This document shows, piece by piece, positions 35,262 to 49,599 of a stretch of 64,000 nucleotides of DNA (positions are counted from its first letter, which is position 1; each line of letters begins with the position of its first letter). The notes under the pieces were generated by a model. The model searched no databases, had not been told where the DNA came from, and saw only the letters and a program-made list of their open reading frames with translations. The DNA lies in assembly GCA_964234715.1 (NCBI GenBank), contig OZ174275.1, one strand, 5' to 3'. A program made the translations under genes and the position numbers. The stretch comes from Podarcis melisellensis (taxonomy: Eukaryota).

Positions 35262-38200
35262 ATTTTTTGCAAGCTTAAAATAGCAGGACGATTGCTACTG
35301 ACATCTACAGGTGCCAGCTTCTCAGCTAGAAGCAGTAGGTGGAGGCAGGCGGCCTACCAGTCCCCTTCACCTTCATCCCTCCAAGGCAAGGCAAGAAGGT
35401 TGGCCAAGTGAGTAACTAGTGGAAAAAACAGGGGGAGGGAGGCACAGCAGCTGCTTTCTCTTTTAGAGCCTCCCTTAAAGAGACAGGCATAATTTCTGCT
35501 TTGAGCACCAAGCAACCTTAGCTTCGTAGACATATTTGCAGGGCACATGGAGTGCTTAGTCTACAGTCATGACATCTAGAAACCACTTATTTTAAATAAT
35601 CACATGTGAACCACACTGGGTCTAAATAAATGTTGTCTAAGGAAAGGCAATGTAGACTTTAGCTTTTCAACAGGATGCTCCCATTTTTCTATACCTAGCC
35701 TTGCCCCCAACTCTGCTAAAGGTCTATCATTTCCCCTCCCACATTCATCTTGGGACATCATGGTTGGCTGGGTTCCCATGCCATTTTACCTTGTACTGCC
35801 TGGAGAGGATTGCAGTTCCTCCCATTAATTTGCAGTGCTGTAATGGGATACGTTCCACAAGGGCAGTTCCTTCTACTTCCGTACTCTTAGAGAATGAAAA
35901 GAACAATCAGTACTGAGATTGTGCAAGTCTGCTTGGAACTTGCACCCCTGTCTCTAAAACACTTTCGGTCATGTAGACCTCCTCAATAAATGACTCCTCC
36001 TACATTCAGCTTCTGTGCTTACTCACACCATAATCATTCTTCCTGCATTTGGGTGGGGAGGGGGGCAGGGGGAGAGCACTTAGAATATGCATGCTCATGA
36101 CCTCAAATAGCTCAGAATATGCAGAGGCTAACTTTGTGCCTTGCAATTACGCAGCACACCAACAACATTCCAAAACGCCACTCCGGGTGGAAATTATGCA
36201 CACATTTAGTGCTGTGGTTTGAAGGGCACAAACAATGGTTCGTAAGAACCAGAACTGGTGACTGCTCCTGAAAATATAATACTGGAAATCACCTTGGAAT
36301 TTAACCTGCCCACAGAATCCCAAATTGTTAAAAGATATAACTGACATCATGATACGTGAGACAAAAGATGGATAACAGCCACAGTTGGCATTCACATATT
36401 TGCATATGGACTGGCATGAATACACAATGCCAGCTGCCCACCCAGTGTCCTCTTTGGGCAGAGTTATTTCTGGCACTGTAGTAACAGTAGCAATACACAA
36501 GTCTCCTGTCTGCCTAAGGAGAAGCAACCACACTAAAAATAGGGAAATCTCTATGATTGGGCATGAGGAAAGATGGTTAAAGCTATCTGCATAGCTCTCC
36601 AGTACCATTGGCTGTTTCACTGACAGTGACAGATATGCACACTATATATAGGGGTAGACACTGCAAGCCTCTAAGTGAGCAGGGGAGAGGATTTGCAAAT
36701 CTGGGTCCTGCTAGACCAAGCGTGGCTTCCATGCCAGAAAACTGGAACAAAGAGCAGAAGTGCTTGGTAGAGACTGGGTTGCAGGAGGTGTGGTTTAAAA
36801 TTTTAAGCTTCAAAATTCCTGCTCCTGAACAGAGGTATGCACTCTTTATAGGAGCACCATGAGATCCACTCTCAGCCCATGGCACTTTCTCAACAGTATA
36901 TTGAGAAAGAGGCACAGAGGTTTTCCTCCCTGCCCCCAATCAGCTGGTATAATTTTTTTATGAAATAAATAAAAATAAATTGTGCTTGAGGGGATTAGGC
37001 CAGGACGGGATACCTCAGGCTAGGAACCAAATGTGGCCCTCCAGGACTCCGTATCAGGCTACACCTGGCCCTCATGAAGTTATTTGGTGTTTCTGCCCAG
37101 CTAGAATTGCCATTGAACGCTGCTAATGCCTCTTACTTGCCTAGATGAAGGACAGAGAGTGTATGTAGACACTAGCCTACTGCACGAAGGTAAAATCTGC
37201 ACATTTGTTTTGCCCACTTTTTGCTCTGGCTCCACCCACTATTGGCAGGTCGCCTTCAGAAGGCTGCCCAGGTAGCCCACAGCCAGAAAAAGGCTCCCCA
37301 GCTCTGGATTAGACAAGCTAATCCTACCATAAGAAACATCCCTGGAATCAGTGATAAAGAGATTCACAATGAAAATGCTTAGTACAGTAGTAGCTGAGAC
37401 GAAGTTATACGACATCATATTTTAAATATGTTTCTGGAGAAGCAGAGTTGTATTTCTATTGCACCTCTATCCAAAAGAGATCTGTAGCTCTGACAAAAGA
37501 GCCACTAATAATCACATTTCCTGCTAGAAGCAAGATATAACGAAGTATCAGATGAAGAATTATCTTAGTGCACAGGACAAACAGTGACAAGTATTGCAAC
37601 TGAGAATCTACAACCTTTTTTAAAAGAACCCACTGAGTTCTGAAGTGTCTGGTTAGTAAGAAAGGAAAAGCAAATAGATTTTAACAGGTTATGACATCAA
37701 CCGATTTAATATATATATATATGTTTATTTTAATGTATTTAAAATAAAGTATTGCATTAATGAATTTCATTGTTTATTGTTTGCTTACTTACATTTGAAT
37801 GCATCCATGGATGGTTGATCAGATTTTTAAATGGTAAGCCACCGTGAGGACTTTAGTCAAAGCAGAATATGAATTTAAAAGAATAATAAGAATAGCTCAC
37901 AGTGACAAGCAGTCCACAAGTGGATTAAGACTCACTCCATATTCATAATAAAAATGTTACAATTTTTTACAGGCTTCCTCATTCTATTGCATTGTTCTCA
38001 GCATAGCATTCGAGTTTTTGCAAAAGCTGATGGGGTGTTGTTGTTTTTTCAAGAGGGTTGTTGGCAAGGAGAAGCTTAATGGCAGTGTTAGAGTGGAGTG
38101 TGCAAGTTGGGGGCAGCAGATGCATATGATTAGGGCAATATGACCCCAACCCACAAAGGAAAGGAGGAATTTAACAACCCAATGGCAACCCAAACACCAT

Positions 38201-40111
38201 AAATTTAAGGCACATGTAAAAAACTCTACCCCAAAGAATCCTGGGAACTGTAGCTTAAGAATTCTGGGAACTGTAGCTCTGTGAGGGAGTAAGCTACAGT
38301 TCCCAGGATTCCTTGCGGTGGGGAAATGTGCTTTGAATGTATGGTGTGTACACAGACTCTGTTGCTTTACATTGCAATTCTTTTGCATTCTAGTCCTTCC
38401 TATTTCTACCTATATCTACACAAACCCAATTAGAGCTGGGAGGAAAATACAAGATTCTCCGGTATCTCCCAGTTACACATACCATAATCCACATGCGTGG
38501 AATTGCAACTTTTGTAGTATGGTGGGATGGAGGTCTTTGCGCATGGGGGAGCCAGTATGCCAGAAAGAAACTCTTCCAATTTATCCCTGCTTGCAGCATG
38601 AAGAGCTCATTCCCTGACGCTGGACAGTCCTCACAGACAACCACAGGGGCATGTTGCTGAACAAGAAATAGAGAGAATGGAGGAGTGGGGAATTAATAGC
38701 AGAAAGCAAAGAAGATCATAAATCCAAATGAAGTGTTGATGGAATCACAAACCACAACTGAGTGGCCTATGCGTTTTACAACCTGTTGAGCTGATTTATT
38801 CCCGAATGGACTGTCAAGCCCAGAGGTAAGGCTGTGAAACAAATGGGGAAACAAACCCATGGTGAGGAGGAGAATCTCTTCTTCCTTCAATGAGATTTGA
38901 AACGGAAAGCTCTCTATAAAAAGGAAAGCGCTCCAGTGCCCCCTCATACTGATCAATAGCCCCAAGGTCTGCGTGGGCCTTATCTGGCCTGTAACTGTAT
39001 AGGTCTCACATGATCAAGGGTGCAATCCCACACAGAGCTTCCCAGGCACGAGTCCCATTGAACACAGCACTTCTAAATGCATAAAAGGACTGAACTGCCA
39101 ACTAGTAAATGGACGTCCCTCTGTGTGGTCAACGAATGCAAGCTTCTCCATGAAGAGAGATTCTTTACTGAAATGGAGACTTGTGAATGGTAAGCGAATT
39201 GCCCTTGTGCTCTAAAGGATGAATTATAAAAAAGAAGTCCAAATAAATGAGATTACACTTGGGTTGTTGTTTTGTCAGCAAGCTCTTATTCTTTGCTGCA
39301 TTTTATTAGGTGAAACGGCATTTTGTAAGAGTTTGTTTCTGTTGCATATAAATGTTCTATTATTGTCATTGCTGTTACATGCCCTGAGTGTGGGATGGGT
39401 GATATATAAATTGCTTCGTAAACAGTCATCCTCTGCAGGTTCATTTAAGACACACTTCCTCAATCTGTGTGCATTCTTTCTAGCAGTTTCTTTTGATAGG
39501 GAGAACGCACACTTATGAAGAGTGAGAGGTCAGCATTCTTCTTGCTTTTTATCTACACCAAATGCACAAAAAATTGGGAAATGAGCACCACAATGAGCTT
39601 GCTGATATTTGCCTTCAATACTGGGACTATGACATGCAGGATCTGGACTAGTAATATAACACACCACTATTATAACACACTATTATAACACACTAGACTC
39701 ATCTGTTTAACAAGCAACAGCATTTACTATTCTTTCATCCAAGATGGTCCCATTTTTTCATTCTACCTGTTGGGAAATATTTAACTTCCATAAGAGCAGA
39801 AGGTTCCTAATACTTCCACAAAAAATTGCTTTAGCCCCAGCCAGGAATGTGCATTTTGAATGGCTCTATTAAAACCTTTGATAACATGCTTGACATTAGA
39901 TTTCTAATATTTAGAGAACTAGGTGCTTGGAAAGGATTAAGTGGAGATGGATCTTTCAAGGCTAGTTAAAACTCTTTTTGCATCTATTCTGCCCTGGACA
40001 CATGAGTAGTCTGCTCTCCAAGAATAGGAGACTATGGAGATCCAAATAGGGCACTAAAAGCATAAATGCTCATTAAGCACTTTTAAAAGCTCTGTAAATT
40101 AAACCATTACA

Positions 40112-40215
40112 AAGTCTTGTGGCACCTTAAAGACTAGCAGATTTGTGGTGACCCCCCCCAAAAAACACACCTTTCATGGTGTAAAGTCTATCTAACACAT
40201 GAAGTGTTATCCTCA
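40112..40215. mobile_element. Penelope-like element terminal fragment
   Basis: agtcttgtggcaccttaaagactagcagattt resembles reptile Penelope pseudo-LTR ends; degenerate. Confidence 0.4.
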
Positions 40216-41883
40216 GAAAGCCCATGCAGAGAAAAATACAGTGGACAGTGGGATCAAATGACTAGGAAACACAAGAAGTACAGTGTGACACACTTAAAAT
40301 GCCAATTATTTTAGTGGAGGCACTGAAAAGATTTTGGACAGGTCATCCTACTTCTAAATATGCTGTTATGGTTTCCGAATGTTCCCTAGCAGAGAATAAA
40401 AATAAAAAGCCCACCAACTGCCATTTAAAAACTCCCTTTTAACACTCCCTTCCTCGACCCCCATTTTCCCATGCAGAATATCTTTGGAATGAAAGGTGGG
40501 GCTGAATTAGAATGGGGGAAAGATCTGATCAGACAGCACTGGAGGGAGGTCTGCAGAGTCCCCCAGGCTCTGCTTTATGTGTAAGCCAATTTGCCTTCTG
40601 TGATAACAATTCACCTGCACTGCTGTGCTAACCAAGTGAGGTTCCTGAGGTGAAGGTGTGCTGCACAGAAGGCAAATTGTTGGTGAGAGGAAGAGATCTC
40701 TTACTGAGTTCTGTGTAGAATAATCCTCAGTGGCAGACATAAGGACTCTGCGCCTAGCTGAAAAGGACAGGAGGGCTTTTATGTTACAGGCAAGAAAGGG
40801 CACCGACGCCCATTCAAATGAAGTAATGAAAATAGTGGCAATTCAAAATCCATTAGGGGCTTCACACTTTGTTCCCTTTCCCCTGTCAGTAAAAAAACAC
40901 ACACTGATCTTAGTACTCCACATTTCTAGCTCTTGCCAGAAATAATTACAGTAGTCTGTGCCTCAAGACAACTTTGAGTCCACAAGGTCAGAATCAGAGC
41001 ATCTCTCAGCAGTTTTCGCAAGCATTATAGAAAATCTGGGCGGAATCCTTTAAAAAACCCACCCATGTCACCCAGTTCCAGAGCAGAGGCCTTGCCTTCT
41101 TAAAGGAAAGGGTTTTGCCACCAATTTTGACCACTTCCCCCACTTCAGCTCTTGTGGAATAATAGGGGGATCAAAATGTCTTCAACATCTCTCTCTCCCA
41201 GGGTCAATCCAGCTCTTACGCTCCTTTCTTCTTGCCATCCCTTTTATTTCAAAGTTCAATAAACAGGAAGAAAAGGGAAAGGGTCTTGACAAATCCCATC
41301 AAGGCTCAGGAAAAACCAAGCCTGCCTCCAGCTGACATACCAGGCCCTGCACTAATGAGAGGTAAGGAGGCACCTAAGAAGAACAGGCAACAGCAAAGAG
41401 AAGGAGAAATGAATTATTCACATTGCATGCAGTAGACAGCTGCACAAATCACACACTTTCCACACCTAAAAGGGACAAGCACCAGATCCTTGCAGGTCCC
41501 CATGCTTGACCAGGGCTTCTACATCTTGCATCCCAAGAGAGGCAGCCCAGAGGCCAACAGATGCATCCAGTCAAGAATGGAATTTGCAGCTGAAAGGCTT
41601 TTGTGCAAGGGATGCACAATAGCCAGGCCAGTACAGGGGAGGGTCAGAGTTAACTCTTTGATCACCACAGAGCCCCAGAGGGCAAAAAAGAAAGGAACAG
41701 CCTGTAGTTGCCACTCTTTCTAAAATGGCACATATGTTATCATGCATATTCAATCTAATCACTGATCACAGCAGGCCTCTAGTATTATTCAAGCAAAAAG
41801 AATACGTGTTCCTAGAACTGAGAGCTCCAGCAAGCAGTGAAAAAGCTCATCCCCATCCCATCTCTATAGCATAACACCAAATA

Positions 41884-42124
41884 CAGTCATACCTTGGATC
41901 CTGAACGCCTTGCAAGTTGAATGTTTTGGCTCCCGAACACCACAAACCCAGAAGTGAGTGTTCTGGTTTGCTAACGTTCTTTGGAACCCGAACGTCTGAC
42001 GGGGCTTCCAACTGGCTGCAGGAGCTTCCTTCAGCCAATTGGAAGCCACACCTTGGTTTCCAAACATTTTGGAAGTTGAACAGACTTCTGGAACGGATTC
42101 CATTCAACTTCCAAGGTACCACTG
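41884..42124. mobile_element. Tc1/mariner MITE, family B
   Basis: TA|CAGTCATACCTTGGA...TCCAAGGTACCACTG|TA; inverted homolog of 45798-46048. Confidence 0.85.
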
Positions 42125-42931
42125 TAACCTTTTTTTTATCCTGTATGAGAATGAAAAACCAACCTTGACAATACACACCACAGTGCCTGGGGTGCAAAGG
42201 AGACCAACAAAGTGGATGAACTGCTGCGAGGGTTCTTGTCCATCTATAGATAGTGGAGAGTAGACATGGTCCCACAGTCACCAGGATAAATGAGCTCCAG
42301 AAGAAGAGTCAATGTCCATTGTTCAAGAGCACCTGAAACAGCACAGAGAGGCTGAACAAGGGTCAAAGTACAGGTGATACATATACCTCCCCTTTTACCT
42401 TCTCCCGGCCCCTTAAGGGGCTACCTGTTACTTCAGTGTAGAAGATTACCTACATTCAAATTATTTGGTACTCAGAACTGCACCTCAGTTGTATGTATAC
42501 AACTATTTCTATACTGCCATACCATAAAGCAGGACAGTGCTCATAATAAAGAGACAATGAAAATGAATGTAATGTTTTATCACAATAGGAAGCTCAAGCT
42601 GCCATCAGAAAAATAAACAAAACATTTGCTACTCAGGATTGATTCACATGACCCCATTTACTCAGTATGTCTAGGGAATTGTGTTAATTTTGGTACATGG
42701 GAGCCCCAGCTTTCCAGCAGGTGGAAATTTTGACCGAAAATATTGCTCTTATGGGCAACAGAGGTTTTAGCAACCTCACTGTAAGAAGAAGGGTAGCACA
42801 CGGCCCCCATTCAGCCCATATTTTGTTACGTTTCAGAGAGAAACTAATCAAACTTGCAGCACATTAAAAGAGGTCGGTGCTATGACAGAAAATGAACATT
42901 GCTGTGATGGCTCACACTGGTTTTACAATTA

Positions 42932-43162
42932 CAGTGGTACCTTGGGTTACAGACGCTTCAGGTTGCAGATGCTTCAGGTTACAGACTCCGCTAACCCAGA
43001 AATAGTACCTCAGGTTAAGAACTTTACTTCAGGATGAGAACAGAAATTGCATGGTGGCAGTGGGAGGCCCCATTAGCTAACATGGTACCTCAGGTTAAGA
43101 ACAGTTTCAGGTTAAGAACGGACCTCCAGAAAGAATTAAGTTCTTAACCCGAGGTACCACTG
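42932..43162. mobile_element. Tc1/mariner MITE, family A
   Basis: TA|CAGTGGTACCTTGGGTTA...TAACCCGAGGTACCACTG|TA; homologous to 23410-23611. Confidence 0.9.
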
Positions 43163-43915
43163 TACACTGTAAAATTACACTACCAGCAGAATGGGATAGG
43201 ATGCCCGTATTTTGGTTTCCCCCCCTTGAAGAGCCAGCTGGAAAGGGAGTGAATGTCAATGGGAGACTTGTCAGCGTTAACAGTGCAATCCTATTTCTAT
43301 TCAGAAGTGAGTCTCATTGTGCTGAATGGGCCTTACACCCAGGGAAGTGTGTATGAGATCCCAGCCAAAGGCCCACTGAACACAACAGAATTGTATTTCT
43401 AATGTATTGTATAGGATAGGATATGCTGCAAGTATCTTGCCCAGTAGGAGATATGTGAAATTTAACCATCAAACCTGAGCCCTGGGCTCATTAGAGATAA
43501 TTTTAACAGGAAAAGGTATCACCTTTGATTTCTTAGTGGGAATTGGTTTTGAATGCAGTTTGAAAAGAATTCATGCTATTATGAATTTTAGAATTCCAAG
43601 GTCAGGCTCTGAAAGGAGTTCTTCCTTTGACCCAGCAGCTTACACACCTTGGGTAATTTGTATTTTTCTGAATTGTCATATAGAAAGGGTGGCAACTCTC
43701 AGGTAGGCCTGTAGGTCATATGTTATTTTGTCATTATAATAGAAATCCAGTATCTCTAAACCTTTCTCGGTAGTCCCCTGAAGGCTCTTCTTCTAAGCTT
43801 TCGTACTACATTAAAATAGCACGAGTTCTGCAACGTTTCTGAAATGTCTTGACAGAGCTCACAAGGAACGTTATTGCCATTGCAAGATTATACTTTGAAT
43901 TGGAAAGCCAGTGCG

Positions 43916-43920
<5 letters not shown>

Positions 43921-43972
<52 letters not shown>
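43921..43972. repeat. (TC)26 microsatellite
   Basis: Seen directly. Confidence 0.98.
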
Positions 43973-43976
<4 letters not shown>

Positions 43977-44244
43977 GTGCTTGCTAATAAGTGTCCCGCT
44001 GTTATCGTTTCAAGTGGCAGGTAAGTGTGCCCTTTTGTGAACAGCCGTACTCATTGCTTCGGTGTTTAACTTTGTTATGTGTGATAGCAAATGTGGCAAG
44101 AAATGTCCGGGATTAAAATAAATAGTACTGAGACAACCAGGCGGAACATGAAAAGAAGTGTGATTAATGCCACCGCACACACATTTTTAGGCTGCCAGAA
44201 GCTGCCTAAAATAAAAGCAAACCAAATGTTTCTAGCCCCATACA

Positions 44245-44366
44245 CATGGTGCTGATAACGCCAAGGCTGCAGGTTCAATCCCCATATGGGACAGCTGCGT
44301 ATTCCTGCATTGCAGGGGGTTGAACCAGATGATTCTCAGGGTCCCTTCCAACTCTATGATTCTATG
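44245..44366 (+). mobile_element. SINE with tRNA-Ile-like head remnant and CR1 tail
   Basis: tggtgctgataacgccaaggctgcaggttcaatcccc (tRNA-Ile 3' half, B box) plus cccttccaactctatgattctatg. Confidence 0.8.
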
Positions 44367-45797
44367 TCCACAGATGCACCCAGCAGCACTGTGGGAAATG
44401 GCTGCTCTAAAACACTCAATGTTTTGCTGAGGCACGGTAAATGCAAAGGAAAATAATGAAGAGAAAATATTTACAAGAGGCACAAATCAGTATGTTAGTA
44501 AGCCATCCTTCTTCGCCAGCTTCTACATCCACAGCGTTACCAGAGAATTCTTTGTCTTCAAGCTGAAATCTCTGCCTAGCAGGAAGATTTAATTCCTGTT
44601 CTCAGAACAGGTTTGTCAAGCACAGTGCATATTCCCACTTGCAGAAGTTATTAAGCATTTATAAAAGCTCAAATTATAACATTTGCTGCAAATGCTGCCA
44701 ATACCAACAGGAATTTACTTGCTAAGGCATCACAGTCAGTCCAAGGGTAGGACACAGAAGAACAGGGAACAGACATTTTGTGAGGAGAATTGCATTTACT
44801 CATTTCCACCATGACAATTACTTTTAATACAGTCGTATTCTATGGAGAAAGCTTCCAGTGGGAAGATTACCCTTGAGTATGTTTAATACCACCCCAATAA
44901 TTATCTTTCTAAAAGCATGGATGTAGGATTTAAAAACGGAATTCTTCGCATCAGTTTCTTGGACTCTATGAACCATTTGCTTAGCATTTTAGCTATTACA
45001 TGAAGAAAAACCCACAGCCTGACCAAATAGCCACTTTCCTCTTAGGCTGCTGGGTAAGAGAAGATGACACAACCTGCCAGGGCTTGAACAACTAAGTGTG
45101 CTCTTTGGAAAAAATCAAACAATTGCACCATTCACCTGGAAACTGCAGGAACAGCAAAACCTTACGGTAAACTTGTGTGTTTTGGCATTTTAGGTTTAGA
45201 AAAGCTCTAACCCCGTAGCTGGATTGCTCAAGTCGGAATGCAAGCTCAGCAGCAGTACAGGAAAGAAACCCAATATAAAAGGTGATGCCTTTGGGAAGTA
45301 CTGGAAGCAGCATCACACTATAAAAGTGTTAAAGGAATCAGTGGAACACAAATTTTACAGAGGCATTTCACAATACACAGCATCCAATATAGTCTAGTAA
45401 AAATAAGGCTGAGATAAAATAAATCATTTTTAGGGTAACATTTAAGCTAGCAGAAGTAGCAACATACTGATAGCTGCAATGTCCAGTTTGATGCAAAATG
45501 AGGCTATTCTCCGTCACAAGTTGCTACTGGAAGTGCCTGAAAATAGAAACAGTTGAAAACTAACAGGCACTGAGGCTGCAGCATCTCAATTTCTATAAGG
45601 TCAAATAGGTTCCCTTAAGGTCAAATAGGTCCCCTTATTTGATTTATTTTTATTATATATCTTCTCTTCTTCCTAAAGGAGGAAATGATTTTAAAATATT
45701 TAACAGGAGCATTTGTACCTTTACTACAACACTCTTGAAGAAAAACCTCTCTAATGCTTTTAACCCAAATTTCCTTCACTATACCAGCATCAACATA

Positions 45798-46048
45798 CAG
45801 TCGTACCTTGGTTCTTAAACAGAATCCGTGCTGGAAGTCCATTCGACTTCTGAAAATGTTCAAAAACCAAGGTGTGGCTTTCGATTGGCTGCAGGAGCTT
45901 CCTGCATTCAATCGGAAGCCACGGAAGCAGCATCAGATGTTTGGGTTCCAAAGAACATTCGCAAACCGGAACACTCACTTCTGGGTTTGTGGCGTTCGGG
46001 AGCCAAAACATTTGAGTCACAAGGCGTTTGAGAACCAAGGTACGACTG
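45798..46048. mobile_element. Tc1/mariner MITE, family B
   Basis: Perfect TIR CAGTCGTACCTTGGTTCT / AGAACCAAGGTACGACTG, TA TSD. Confidence 0.9.
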
Positions 46049-46575
46049 TACAGTATGTTGTTGTTTAACAGTCACTATCATAACTTGCTATCACATAGTC
46101 ACACCCAGCCCAGCACTTTGTTTGGGTTCAAGTTGTGCTCAAGCAAGGTGCCTCAGGCCAATAGCAGCCAATATAGGTAAAAATGAATTAGGAAATGAGG
46201 TGTGCTTTACAGTATGTTGTGCCCAAGCCAGTTGTCAGGCTGGATACAATTCTATGCTTGCTGTGTGGGTCGCTGACCTGAGGTCCAAAGCACACTGAGG
46301 TACACACCTCAATTCCTTATGATTTTTAATACATTGGACGTTATTGGTATGGGGATTCATGCTTGACAGTGTCTTGTCACTTACTGTCTAGATCAAGATG
46401 GAGACCACTTCTTTCAGAGCTCTGAAAGAGGTCTCTGCAACCAGATGGGGCCTCTTTGAGGAACCACAGGAGGATGGCCTGCAGTGCCTGGCGTGATCCC
46501 CCCTCCCCACCCTATAATGAAGTCAGCCTGACAACTAGGAATAGGAGAAGCAGGAGAAGCCTTTTTGCATTGATC

Positions 46576-46768
46576 TAGGTACCGCTCCAGCGGGAAGGTA
46601 AACAGCGTTTCCGTGCGCTGCTCTGGTTCACCAGAAGCGGCTTAGTCATGCTGGCCACATGACCCGAAAGCTGTACGCCGGCTCCCTCGGCCAATAAAGT
46701 GAGATGAGCACCGCAACCCCAGAGTCGGTCACAACTGGACCTAATGGTCAAGGGTCCCTTTACCTTTA
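46576..46768 (+). mobile_element. Sauria SINE, 5'-truncated
   Basis: Close match to the 34844-35031 copy, ends gtccctttaccttta. Confidence 0.9.
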
Positions 46769-48564
46769 AACACAGCAACTTACAATATTTTTCTTCTTAT
46801 GGTAGCCCAATTGCTGTGGCAAAATACAATACAGGTAACGGTAGGTTAGAATTTACATGTATGTTTTGCTATCTTAACTAGACTCACATTATAATTGTCT
46901 GATCGTAACCATTATCAGCTGGAATCAACAGAACATAAAATAATGTTGCCAATCCATAAGAACTGGATTTAGCCTAAATGAAAATCCAGGGTCTACACTG
47001 GGTTTTTTTGGTAGATCACTAGTGATAACACTTTCTATTCTGAGAACCTTGTAATAATGCCAACTGGCTTAGGTTGCCATGAAGCATGAGTCACGGCCGA
47101 ATTGGCAAGCACTGTCCTTCAGTGAATCCCCTAATAGTTACTGCAAATGAGTCTCTTACCAAACTCAAGTCGAGAAGACTAGGGCTAGTACAATTCTTCC
47201 ACAATTCTTGCACTGTCTGTTCCTTGAATTTTAAGCTTGCGAGGTTCAAGGACCTGTTTTATCTTTTGCAAGGAGCCTATATCAACAATTGCCAATGCAT
47301 TATTAACGATAATATAATCTATCACAGATATATGGGCATGGATCCTGAGACCCCTGAATGAAAGGAAGTTGACAAAGAGAATTTTCATTCCCCTACTCAC
47401 CCCAGCACCCTATCCAATGGGGGAGAGGAGACAAAAGCAGGCAGCTTGAACAAGCAGTTTCACTTGAAGCTGCATTTGAGGCTGCCTCAAAATGCTAACG
47501 TTAGAAGGCACATTTGCAGGAGGGGGCAGGTAGGTGGAAGGGGTGCTTAACCCAACTCATGGCTGCCAACTCTCCCTTGAAAACATATTCCGGGGTTTTA
47601 CTCCTTTCCCCTCAGCATGGAGAATAGCATTTATGAGGAGAATCGGTCAGCATGGAAATTATTAACCCAGCCTTCCCCAGCCTGGTGCCTTCGCCCTGGA
47701 CTATAACTCCCATCAGCCCCAGCCTCCGAAGCTGTGCTGGCTGGGGATCAATGGGAGTTGCAGTCCAAAATGGCTGAAGGACACCAGGTTAGGGAAGGCA
47801 GGTTAAGCACTAACGTCCTCCCTTCTCCACTACAAGCCCACCTCTCAACCCAGTTGTGGGATTGCCTTGGCAAATAAGGGGTTGGGAAGAGGCTTTTGTG
47901 AAGGTTCTGCCTCTAGGGAAAATACTTATTTCAAGAGCTTAGAGAAATCCTTTGTTATACCATCAGCATTTGCAGTGGGGTTGACCTTTTTCGAAATAAA
48001 GAGGAGCGGATGCTTAATTTAAACAGCTCTGCACAATGGACCAAACATTGCAAGTACTGTAAAAGGAAATGCAACCCTCAGATCAAGCCCTCCAACAAGT
48101 CCCTTGTAACAGCCCCACTCAGAAAGAGATAACTCCAGCTGAAACACAAGTTGCTAGCAGTAAAGCAAGAAAATTAATGGGAGCTGCAGAGCCCCTCCTG
48201 GCCTTGGGGTGCCTTCTGTGATGCAAAGATGAATGCAGAATCTCAGGTCCCCTGCACTGAGACCACTCTTCAGGCAATTCTTGAAGACTGGCAAAAGGCT
48301 TTCCAAGGACTTTCAGCTTTCATTACCAGGCAAACAAAAATTTTTGTTTTGACTATGGCAGACCAACACGGCTACCTATCTGTAACTAACACTTGGATGA
48401 GTAGCTTAAGAGTGGTATGGAATATGCTGGGAGTGTCGAGGTGCAACTCAGCTTGCACTGTGGGCTGGTGTATCTGCATGAGAAAGGGTAGAGAGAGGAA
48501 CCTCCAAACTTCCTAGACTGTCCTTGTGTTCATCTTCCTTCAGGGCTAGATGGATACTCTTAGG

Positions 48565-48843
48565 TAGGGTTGCCATATTCTGAAGAGCAAAAAAGAGGAC
48601 GCAATGATGACTCTCATTTTAAATACCCCTACAGTATGTAGTCTATAGAAGCTGTGATATATTGCTAAGGGGGGCAGGAGAAGAAAAGAGGAAAGCAAGT
48701 CTTTAACTACCAGTTATATCTGTATCTCATCCAGAAAGTATAGCCAGAGACATTTTGGCAAATTTAAAAAAATCCACCCGGACAGCATTTTATCTCTGAA
48801 AAAGAGGACATGTCCTGGAAAAAGAGGACACATGGCAGCCCTA
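48565..48843. mobile_element. hAT-like MITE (old)
   Basis: Termini TAGGGTTGCCAT...ATGGCAGCCCTA with subterminal aaaagaggaca repeats; TSD not recognisable. Confidence 0.65.
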
Positions 48844-49599
48844 GTCAGTTGCTGACCTTACTTCTTATTCCCTCCTTTTCTTCTTCATGCTTTCCTCTTG
48901 ACATATCTTCCCAGCAGATATATTTTGGATCTCTCTTCTCTTGAGACGCAAGAGCATGGCTCATCACATCTCAACCTTAGGAAAGATTCCCATTCTATTT
49001 GGCTATCGACAAGTATTTCCAGTAATAAATATTCACTTTGTTTTCTTAAACCCAGAGTCTCCACGTGATTACATCCAGGGAAAGTGTGCTTCTCCAACCA
49101 GGATTCTGCTTCAGTTCAGATTCTGCCGGCATTTAACTCCAAATGCTAAGAAAATATACCCCAGAACAGGTGCCAAAAGCAAAGAGACCGGAATTTACAG
49201 TCCTTTGCAGCCTCAACACTCCCAAGAACATATTTCAATTAAAGCATTAATAAGACTAGTAAGGAGGCTGCTTCTCTACTTCCTCTGCTCTCTGCTTTTA
49301 GAGTTCTCTGCAAGGCCCGCTGGAATATTTTCCAGCTCCAGCAAACAAAGAGAGTCTCTAAAAAGCTGCGCCTTATGCCTTTCATCTTCTGCCAACTTCA
49401 GATAACATTTTAAGGTTATACTGGCTTTAAGTCCTATGTTTCCAGAAAAAATAATAATGGAAGAACAGAGTGTAACTGAAGTCAGGGACACTGTTCATTC
49501 TGTTCATTCATTAAACTTAAAGTGCAAAAGCAAAAATGTGGTTCATAGGGATCAGAAGCACTGAATGCATTTTCCATATTTATCCACAGTCAATGCCCT

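Noticed and set aside
39652-39696. Short tandem repeats here and near 45596-45637, 56468-56501 and 63831-63873 as a CRISPR-like or functional array
   Set aside because: Two or three copy slippage duplications without unique spacers, in a eukaryotic context
44245-44290. tRNA-Ile-like sequence
   Set aside because: Only the 3' half, fused to a CR1 tail; a SINE rather than a tRNA gene
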